In this document: positions 50,397-56,912 of the stretch, in pieces
How the letters are laid out: the number at the start of each line of letters is the position of its first letter
How positions within the stretch are numbered: position 1 is the stretch's first letter
Source of the DNA: an uncultured Chloroflexia bacterium
Lineage (GTDB): Bacteria > Chloroflexota > Limnocylindria > Limnocylindrales > CSP1-4
Direction of reading: 5' to 3'
NCBI GenBank assembly: GCA_963700245.1
Contig: CAVOWV010000017.1
Span: forward strand, 64,236 to 128,235
DNA length: 64,000 nucleotides
Position numbers and translations under genes: made by a program
The notes under the pieces: model-generated
Databases searched by the model: none
What the model saw: the letters and a program-made list of their open reading frames with translations, nothing else
What the model was told of the DNA's origin: nothing

Positions 50397-50642
50397 TCAG
50401 TCCCCGTCGTCGTCACCGGGCGGCAGCGAACTCACCCCAGATGATGCGTCGGCATCCATCGCATCGCGGATCACGGCCGCGATCGCCGCGATAAGCGGGC
50501 TGCGGCCGACCCGGTCGATCCGCGTGTCGTCCGGCGGCTGGGCGATGGGGATCCGGACAGTTCGGAGCCCCTCGCGGTGCACCGGGCATTCCCTGGGTTC
50601 GCGATCTCCCGGGTCGCGTGCCGGACAGCTGTCGTTGTCCAT
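50397..50642 (-). CDS. Small conserved hypothetical protein (81 aa), paralog of 52326..52583
   Basis: The C-terminal ...VRIPIAQ...SPLIAAIAAVIRDAMD matches ...VRMPTAQ...SPLIAALAAVVRDAME in the second cassette. Over 16 aligned codons there are 5 synonymous third-position changes and 3 conservative replacements. Confidence 0.5.
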   Translation of the reverse strand: MDNDSCPARDPGDREPRECPVHREGLRTVRIPIAQPPDDTRIDRVGRSPLIAAIAAVIRDAMDADASSGVSSLPPGDDDGD

Positions 50643-50803
50643 CGCTGCTCCACGTGCTGGCCGAGGGACAGCGATGGGGTGCGGCGCAAGCTCGGCCACG
50701 ACCACGATCGCTTCCGCAAGACCGGCCATGCCCCGGCCAGGGCGACGAGTGGATGCTCGCGCTCGTGCATCGACCGCGGAGGCGCCCAGGCACGGACGCG
50801 GAC

Positions 50804-51964
50804 TCAGAAGGCCGGATCCCGCGTCAGGATCGAGAGGTACGCGTCGTAGGCGTACAGGCGGCTGCGCTGGCGACCGGTGATCTCGCTGACGATGCCGAGC
50901 CCGGCGAGGGCCTCGATGCCGCGCGTCGCCGTCGGCACCGACACGCCGAGCCGCGAGGCCGCATCGCCCACGGACGCGATGGGCCGCTCGCACAGGACCG
51001 AGAACACCCGGGACGCGGCGCCTGCCGACCGCGCCAGGCCCGCGACCCGCCCCCGGTCGGCCCGCATCAGCTCCAGGAGCCGGTTCGCCGTCGCGACCGC
51101 ACCGCCGGCCGTCTGCTCGACGCCCTCGAGGAAGAAGTCGACCCACGCCTCCCAGTCGCCGTCGGTCCGGACCTGCCCGAGGAGCCGGTAGTACTCGTCC
51201 CGGTGCTCGCGGAGATACAGGCTCAGGTAGAGCAGCGGCTGCCGCAGGATGCCGGCGTGCGCGAGCAGGAGCGGGATCAGGAGCCGCCCGACGCGGCCGT
51301 TGCCGTCGAGGAACGGGTGGATCGTCTCGAACTGGACGTGGACGAGCGCCGCGCGGACGAGCTCGGGCACGCCCGGGTCGGGGGCGTGCAGGAACAGCTC
51401 GAGCGCGCCCATGCAGGTTCCGACGTCGGCCGGCTGCGGCGGCACGAACGCGGCATTGCCCGGGCGCGTCCCGCCGATCCAGTTCTGCGAGCGCCGGAAC
51501 TCGCCGGGCTCCTTGCGCGAGCCGCGGCCGCTGGCGAGGAGCAGGCCGTGCATCTCGCGGATCAGCCGGTTGGACAGCGGGAAGCCCTCGTGCAGCCGGG
51601 CCAGCCCGTGCTCCAGGGCAGCAACGTAGTTCGACACCTCCACGACGTCGTCGAGGGGCACGCCGGGGGCCACGTCGAGCTCGTACATGAGGAGGTCGGA
51701 GAGCGACGACTGGGTGCCCTCGATCTGCGACGAGAGGACGGCCTCGCGGCGGACGTAGCTGTAGAGGAAGAGCATCGTGTCGGGCAGCAGCGTGGAGACG
51801 GCGTCGAGCCGCCCCAGGGCGAGGGTCGCGCGCTCGAGGAGGCGCTGGCGGTCGCCCGTCAACGCGATCGGTGGGGCGGGCGGCAGGTCGAACGGCCGGA
51901 ACGCCCGGACCTCCTCGCCGCTCTCGCGCGATGACGTGTAGGTGCCGGTGAGCCCCCGGATCAT
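50804..51964 (-). CDS. Fic/DOC family protein (AMPylase-type) with a C-terminal winged HTH
   Basis: Contains the catalytic HPFLDGNGRVGR, the N-terminal inhibitory-type motif SSQIEG and a C-terminal ...RLGVSVPTATRGIEALAGLGIV. 386 aa, intact. Confidence 0.9.
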   Translation of the reverse strand: MIRGLTGTYTSSRESGEEVRAFRPFDLPPAPPIALTGDRQRLLERATLALGRLDAVSTLLPDTMLFLYSYVRREAVLSSQIEGTQSSLSDLLMYELDVAPGVPLDDVVEVSNYVAALEHGLARLHEGFPLSNRLIREMHGLLLASGRGSRKEPGEFRRSQNWIGGTRPGNAAFVPPQPADVGTCMGALELFLHAPDPGVPELVRAALVHVQFETIHPFLDGNGRVGRLLIPLLLAHAGILRQPLLYLSLYLREHRDEYYRLLGQVRTDGDWEAWVDFFLEGVEQTAGGAVATANRLLELMRADRGRVAGLARSAGAASRVFSVLCERPIASVGDAASRLGVSVPTATRGIEALAGLGIVSEITGRQRSRLYAYDAYLSILTRDPAF

Positions 51965-52092
51965 TGTGTCGCTGTCCTCAGGATCGTTAGCTGTCGCCCG
52001 TTTTGCTAACGATTGTAGCCGCTATCGTTAGTAACGATCCCGCCCCTGCGCTCGCCGACCTGTTGCCGACACCGGCCACTCGACCGGCTCGT

Positions 52093-52169
52093 TCACCACG
52101 GCCGGGGCGCGATCGGGACCCTCACGATAATGGTGGCGTCTGCAGGTTCGAATCCTGTCGGGCGCGCCA
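52093..52169 (+). repeat. Attachment-site-like repeat: about 50-nt element arm + 28-nt copy of the tRNA-Arg 3' end
   Basis: TCACCACGGCCGGGGCGCGATCGGGACCCTCACGATAATGGTGGCGTCT + GCAGGTTCGAATCCTGTCGGGCGCGCCA. It is not a complete tRNA. Confidence 0.8.
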
Positions 52170-52325
52170 AATCGCCCCGCATGCCGCACCTCTCGCGGCC
52201 GGGGTGGCCGAACAGTCCGATCTGCCGGACCCGATGCCCCAGATGGTGACCGCCGCACCCACCTGGATCAAGCGAGTTGTGTGCACTCGTGCGTCACCCG
52301 CACGAGTCCTGAAGACTCGCCAGGG

Positions 52326-52583
52326 CTAGAAGCCGTCCTTCTCCATCGCGTCGCGGACCACCGCCGCGAGGGCGGCGATGAGCGGGCTAGGCCCTGCGCT
52401 CGACGCCGACCGGCCCGCGACCTGCGCGGTCGGCATGCGAACCCGGCGCATCGCCGGTCCGTCCGTTCCTTCCGATCCATCGAGCGCCGGCTGCCCATCG
52501 GGCTCCACCAGCAGGCTCGCGTCCTCGCGCTCGGCGTCACGTCGTGCTCGTTCCAGCTTCTCGCTCCCTGTCTCGAAGGTCAC
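52326..52583 (-). CDS. Small conserved hypothetical protein (85 aa), paralog of 50397..50642
   Basis: See 50397..50642. It sits at about the same distance (157 vs 170 nt) from the preceding tRNA-end repeat. Confidence 0.5.
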   Translation of the reverse strand: MTFETGSEKLERARRDAEREDASLLVEPDGQPALDGSEGTDGPAMRRVRMPTAQVAGRSASSAGPSPLIAALAAVVRDAMEKDGF

Positions 52584-52749
52584 GCGTCACACTCGTGCAA
52601 TTCGTGCACCCTCGAGGTGACCCCAGTAGCGCAACGATGCAATCGCGCGAGTAGAACCCCCTGCACGCACTGCAGTGCGATCCCTTGTCTATTCTGCAAT
52701 CAGGCCCCTTAGGATTGACGCTCCTGCAGGAGAGCGCGACAATCGCCGC

Positions 52750-54015
52750 GTGACGACCGAGAACACTCGCCTAGCTGACTACCGGCCACGCGTCATGGAC
52801 GGCCAGCTCCGGGAGGCGCTCGGAGCGGCCGGGGCCGTGGTCATCGAGGGACCTCGGGCCTGCGGCAAGACGGAGACGGCGCGCCAGGCGGCGGCCAGCG
52901 AGATCCGGATGGACACGCCCGACGCCCGCCAGGCGTTCGCGGTCGACCCCGGTTTCGTGCTCGCGGGGGACCCGCCACGCCTCATCGATGAGTGGCAGGA
53001 GGTGCCGGATCTCTGGAACCTGGTGCGCCACGAGGTTGACGACCGGAGGGCGCCGGGGCAGTTCGTGCTCACCGGCTCGTCGGTGCCCAGGGACGACGCG
53101 CGGCGGCACTCGGGTGCAGGCAGGTTCATCCGTCTCCGGATGCGCACGATGTCGCTGATGGAGAGCGGCCACTCGGCGGGGACTGTCTCGCTGGCACGCG
53201 TGCTCTCGGGTGAGCGGGTGACCGCTCCGGATCCCGGGCTCCGGGTGGGTGACCTCGCGGAGCGGATCGTGATCGGCGGCTGGCCGGGCAACCTGGGCCT
53301 GACGCCGGCCCAGGCGTCCCTCCTCAACGAGGGGTACCTCGAGGAGGTCTGCCGGGTTGACGTGCCACGCGTCGATGGCGTGCGACGGGATCCGAGCGGC
53401 GTTCGCGCGCTCGTGACCTCGCTGGCACGCAACACTGCATGCCCGGCGAGCGCAGCGAGCCTCGCGGCTGACGCCGGTGCCGACCGGGCCATGAAGGTGG
53501 AGACCGCCCGCGCCTATCTCGGGGCGCTCGACCGCCTGCTGCTGACCGATGACGTCCCGGCCTGGAGCCCCAGCCTGCGAAGCCGGACCCGGTTGCGCGC
53601 ATCGCCGGTCCGACACCTGGCCGATCCGTCACTGGCGGCAGCGGCCCTCGGTGCCGGCCCGGATGCCTTGCTCGCAGACCTCAACCTGCTGGGCCTGCTG
53701 TTCGAGTCCCTGGTCGTGCGCGACCTGCGGATCCTGGCCGGGCCGCTCCGAGGGCGGGTCCACCACTACCGGGACGCCCTGGGGCTCGAGGCCGACGCCG
53801 TGATCGAGCTGCCCGGAGGCGACTGGGCCGCCTTCGAGGTCAAGCTCGGGTCCCACTCCTCCGTCGTCGATCCCGCAGCGGCAGGGCTACTGCGGCTGCG
53901 CGACCGGATCGCCGGGCGCCCGCCGCTCGCGCTCGTTGTCGTCACGGGCACCGGGTACTCGTTCGCACGGCCCGACGGCGTGCTCCAGGTGGCGATCGGC
54001 GCACTGGCCGCCTGA
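52750..54015 (+). CDS. AAA-ATPase (AAA_14-like) + DUF4143-type protein with a C-terminal PD-(D/E)xK-like motif
   Basis: GTG at 52750. Walker A is GPRACGKT and Walker B is RLIDEWQ. The C-terminus is ...EADAVIELPGGDWAAFEVKLG. Confidence 0.75.
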   Translation: MTTENTRLADYRPRVMDGQLREALGAAGAVVIEGPRACGKTETARQAAASEIRMDTPDARQAFAVDPGFVLAGDPPRLIDEWQEVPDLWNLVRHEVDDRRAPGQFVLTGSSVPRDDARRHSGAGRFIRLRMRTMSLMESGHSAGTVSLARVLSGERVTAPDPGLRVGDLAERIVIGGWPGNLGLTPAQASLLNEGYLEEVCRVDVPRVDGVRRDPSGVRALVTSLARNTACPASAASLAADAGADRAMKVETARAYLGALDRLLLTDDVPAWSPSLRSRTRLRASPVRHLADPSLAAAALGAGPDALLADLNLLGLLFESLVVRDLRILAGPLRGRVHHYRDALGLEADAVIELPGGDWAAFEVKLGSHSSVVDPAAAGLLRLRDRIAGRPPLALVVVTGTGYSFARPDGVLQVAIGALAA

Positions 54016-54042
54016 CCACAGGATCCGCGACAACGCCGGCAG

Positions 54043-54119
54043 TCACCACGGGCGCGGCGCGATCGGGACCCTGACGAAAATGGTGGCGTCTGCACGTCCA
54101 AGTCCTGTCGGGCGCGCCA
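54043..54119 (+). repeat. Attachment-site-like repeat, degenerate (arm + tRNA-Arg 3' end with 4 substitutions in the T-arm)
   Basis: TCACCACGGGCGCGGCGCGATCGGGACCCTGACGAAAATGGTGGCGTCT + GCACGTCCAAGTCCTGTCGGGCGCGCCA. Confidence 0.75.
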
Positions 54120-54173
54120 TTTCAACCTTGTCTGGCAGCGCCAGCGCCAGCGCCGATGAGGTTCCGCGAGCCG

Positions 54174-54590
54174 TCAGCGATCAGCCAGCGTCTCGAGGAA
54201 CTCGGCGGGTGTCATGGCCGGAATGACCGCCCGCAGGTCGAGCAGGTGGGCATCGCCGGTGACGAGTGCGTCTGCCCCGGCGTCACGCGCGAGGTCGATG
54301 AGGTACTCGTCGTCGGGATCGGCGCTGAGCGCTTCGGGTGATGGCACCGGATCGGCACGGACGACGGCTTCGCTCCGGATGAGCTCGACGTAGGCGTCGG
54401 CTTCCGCTTCCGACACGTAGCGCCGGAACTTGTCGCGCCCCAGGACCTCGCGCAGCTCGGCAAGGAGGAGCGGCGACACGATGAGTTCGAAGGCACCCGA
54501 GCGCAGCTCGAGCAGGAGCCGGGCGCTCCCGCCGCCCGGGCTGATCAGCGCCGCGACGAGGACGTTGGTGTCAAGAACCGCGCGCGGCAC
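54174..54590 (-). CDS. PIN-domain toxin (VapC-like)
   Basis: VLDTNVLVAALISP...LIVSPLLLAELREVL...DDEYLIDLA...ALVTGDAHLL. The GTG start overlaps the antitoxin 3' end by 20 nt. Confidence 0.8.
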   Translation of the reverse strand: MPRAVLDTNVLVAALISPGGGSARLLLELRSGAFELIVSPLLLAELREVLGRDKFRRYVSEAEADAYVELIRSEAVVRADPVPSPEALSADPDDEYLIDLARDAGADALVTGDAHLLDLRAVIPAMTPAEFLETLADR

Positions 54591-54822
54591 GCCGTTGCGC
54601 ACGCACCGCGTGCGTCTCCTCCACCGCGAGCCGCATCGCCTCGTCCTCGCCCAGGTCGCTGCGTGCCCAAACGCTGGCGACCACCTCGAAGCCGAGATAG
54701 GCGCGCAGAGCCGCCTCGACGACCTCCGAGTCGCGCTTGTCGGTGCGGGCCGCGCGGACACGGGCTGCGCGCAGGACGTCCTCGTCCACGTAGAGGGTGA
54801 CCTTGCGCTTGGTGCCAGCCAT
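54571..54822 (-). CDS. Ribbon-helix-helix (CopG-like) antitoxin
   Basis: MAGTKRKVTLYVDEDVLRAARVRAARTDKRDSEVVEAALRAYL; 83 aa, directly upstream of the PIN gene. Confidence 0.75.
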   Translation of the reverse strand: MAGTKRKVTLYVDEDVLRAARVRAARTDKRDSEVVEAALRAYLGFEVVASVWARSDLGEDEAMRLAVEETHAVRAQRRAARGS

Positions 54823-55001
54823 GAGTGCAGCATAGCGCCTTACTGTCATGCCAGCAAGACCAATCCACCTGGAGCCGAAGGGCCAAGACTCGCGGTCAGT
54901 GAAGCTCCCGTCTGCTGTAGCACCAGGCGCCTGCCGGGCGACACGTGAGAAGGCCACCGGACGGCGATCCGGTGGCCTTCGTTCAGCGGCGACGGGGCCG
55001 G

Positions 55002-55979
55002 TCAGTGCCGGTGGTGTCCGCCATCGTCCAGCTTGACCCGGGTGCTGACGTAGATGTCGGCGGTCGCCCCGCGACCGAAGTAGAGGCGCGTGCCGTCCCC
55101 GGAGAGCGACGGACGAGACTCCGGCTCCGCGGTGTTCACAGCCGCGACCGGGACCGGGGTGGACCACAGACCGGTCGACCGGCTGAGGGTCGCGGTCCAG
55201 ATGTCCATGTTCCCGCCCCGGCTCGACGCAAACACGATCTGCGTGCCGTCGCGGCTGACATTCGGCATCTGGTCCACGGCGGCGCTGTTGAGCTCCGCCA
55301 CGACCTCCGGCGTGCCGAACGTGCCGTCGCGGCGCTGGCGGCTCCGGTAGATGTCGTGGTTCGTCCCGGTCCCGGTGCTCGAGAAGTACAGGTAGATCCC
55401 ACCCCGGGCCACAACGAGCGACGGCCCGAACTCGCCGCCCGGGAAGTTGGGCCCGGTTCCGTCGGAGACACAGCCGAGGCTCCGCGGCGCCGTCCACGTT
55501 CCGTCATACCGCTGCCGGGTCATGTAGATGTCGCCGACCGGCGGGGTCATCCCCGGCGTCGCGCCACAGGCGGCGCGATCAGAGACGAACAGCAGCTTGC
55601 CTCCGCCCAGCGGGGTCGGGCAGAACTCCTGGTCGGCGGTGTTGATCGCGGAGCCGAGGTTCGTCATCGGGCCCCAGGGGGACCGCTTGTCCGGGCGCTC
55701 GGCGACCCAGATGTCGTTCTTCCCGAATCCGCCCGCTCGCGTGGAGGCGATGTACAGCTGCCTGCCGTTCGGTGATTCGATCGGGCAGCCGTCGTGGGCG
55801 GCCGTGTTGACTTCGGCCACGGCCGTCGGCGTACCCCAGGCGGAGTACTCGGACGGCCCGTGGGCGGCGGCCGGGACGACGCCGGCGGCCAGGACGATGA
55901 GCGCGCCCACCATGGACGCCGCTGCCCGCAGTGCTCGCTTGTGCGGCCCGCCTGCCGGGGCCGGACGATGTCGAGTCAT
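55002..55979 (-). CDS. Secreted PD40/TolB-like beta-propeller repeat protein with a His-rich C-terminus
   Basis: Signal ...MVGALIVLAAGVVPAAAHG. Repeated P.LS.DG..LYF.S.R.GG...DI(W/Y) units. The C-terminus is DDGGHHRH. The start is ambiguous (55979 or 56009). Confidence 0.7.
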   Translation of the reverse strand: MTRHRPAPAGGPHKRALRAAASMVGALIVLAAGVVPAAAHGPSEYSAWGTPTAVAEVNTAAHDGCPIESPNGRQLYIASTRAGGFGKNDIWVAERPDKRSPWGPMTNLGSAINTADQEFCPTPLGGGKLLFVSDRAACGATPGMTPPVGDIYMTRQRYDGTWTAPRSLGCVSDGTGPNFPGGEFGPSLVVARGGIYLYFSSTGTGTNHDIYRSRQRRDGTFGTPEVVAELNSAAVDQMPNVSRDGTQIVFASSRGGNMDIWTATLSRSTGLWSTPVPVAAVNTAEPESRPSLSGDGTRLYFGRGATADIYVSTRVKLDDGGHHRH

Positions 55980-56131
55980 TCCCCTTCTCCTCTGCTGGTG
56001 GCGGGGCACGGCCCCCGCGAGTCAGGGAGGAGTGTGGGCGCAAGCGGGGTCCCACCACATCGGCTCAGTCCTTAGGTGGCGGCCCAGAGCGGCCTCATTT
56101 TTCGGGCAGGCGCTCAGCAGGTGGCAGGCGC

Positions 56132-56491
56132 TCAGCAGGTGTAGAGCGGGGTGCCGGTCGCGAGCTCGGCGACGAACTCGGCCGCGGAGATGATCCTCGC
56201 GCCCTCGATCAGGCGCTCGTCGGTGATGCCGCGCGGCTTCGTGCACGCGCCGCACGCCCAGATCTGGCCCCCGCCTTCGAGCAGGGACGCGATGACCTCC
56301 CGGAGCGGCGGCATGCCCGGGTGGTGGAGGTCGTCCGCGTAGCCTTTCGTCGCCAGCCACACGCCTTCGATCGTGAGCAGCACGATCGCCTCCTGGTCCG
56401 CCGAGGCGGCGACGTTCGCGACGATGAAGGGCAGCGTCGCCCGCTCTGGGTCATCGTGACCATGGGTGGCTTGCGACAGGAATCGCGGCAT
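56132..56491 (-). CDS. DsrE/DsrF-like sulfur-relay family protein
   Basis: 119 aa: ...ERATLPFIVANVAASADQEAIVLLTIEGV...IWACGAC... Confidence 0.65.
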   Translation of the reverse strand: MPRFLSQATHGHDDPERATLPFIVANVAASADQEAIVLLTIEGVWLATKGYADDLHHPGMPPLREVIASLLEGGGQIWACGACTKPRGITDERLIEGARIISAAEFVAELATGTPLYTC

Positions 56492-56509
56492 CTCGGCGGT
56501 CCTCCAGCT

Positions 56510-56761
56510 CTACTTGCGACGAAGGTAGTAGCGCGTCCGTCCCGGCCCGTCCTCGGCGATGGCCACGATGGGATTGCCCGTCAGCCTCGACCACGAGGCC
56601 AGGCCGCTTCGCGCCGTCGGGTCGTCGGAGATGACCTCCAGGACTTGGCCCGTGCTCAGCTGGCGCATCCGGGACGCGATGATCGGGGTCAACGTCGAAC
56701 AAGCCTGACCGACAAGGTCCATGCAGACGTCCGGTTCCGGGGTACTCGATGAATCCAGCAT
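56510..56761 (-). CDS. TusA/SirA-like sulfurtransferase with a variant active-site motif
   Basis: It aligns to the TusA pattern LD..G..CP.P......L..G..L.V..DDP.. as MDLVGQACSTLTPIIASRMRQLSTGQVLEVISDDPTA. C-S-T-L-T-P stands in place of CPxP. Confidence 0.65.
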   Translation of the reverse strand: MLDSSSTPEPDVCMDLVGQACSTLTPIIASRMRQLSTGQVLEVISDDPTARSGLASWSRLTGNPIVAIAEDGPGRTRYYLRRK

Positions 56762-56912
56762 GGCTACTACGCCCTCCCAGGTTGCGCGGAGCGTAGGCCA
56801 CGGCGGCGATCGACCGCAATGGGGCGCTCCTTAGAAATCGCCAGGGGCGGTGCTTAGGCGGCGCCTTCCTCGTGGGGGTGACCCTCTCGACAAGGGCGAG
56901 GATAATCGCGCG

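Larger units (their letters stand above)
50227..52169. mobile_element. Cassette 1 behind tRNA-Arg (1943 bp): small conserved ORF + Fic gene, closed by an arm plus a tRNA 3'-end repeat; no recombinase
   Basis: Bounded by the tRNA 3' end (50199-50228) and its exact 30-nt copy at 52142-52171. Confidence 0.55.
52170..54119. mobile_element. Cassette 2 (1950 bp): small conserved ORF + AAA/DUF4143 ATPase, closed by an arm plus a degenerate tRNA 3'-end repeat; no recombinase
   Basis: The layout and length match cassette 1. The right end, 54043-54119, matches 52093-52169. Confidence 0.55.

Noticed and set aside
52093-52171. Second tRNA gene (and a third at 54043..54119)
   Set aside because: Only the T-arm, acceptor 3' strand and CCA are present. 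The upstream 50 nt cannot form D and anticodon arms or a 7-bp acceptor stem. They are interpreted as attachment-site remnants.
50227-54119. Integrase, excisionase or transposase inside the cassettes
   Set aside because: All six frames were inspected. The only convincing genes are the two small paralogs, Fic and the AAA/DUF4143 ATPase. No R..H..R..Y-type or serine-recombinase motifs were seen.
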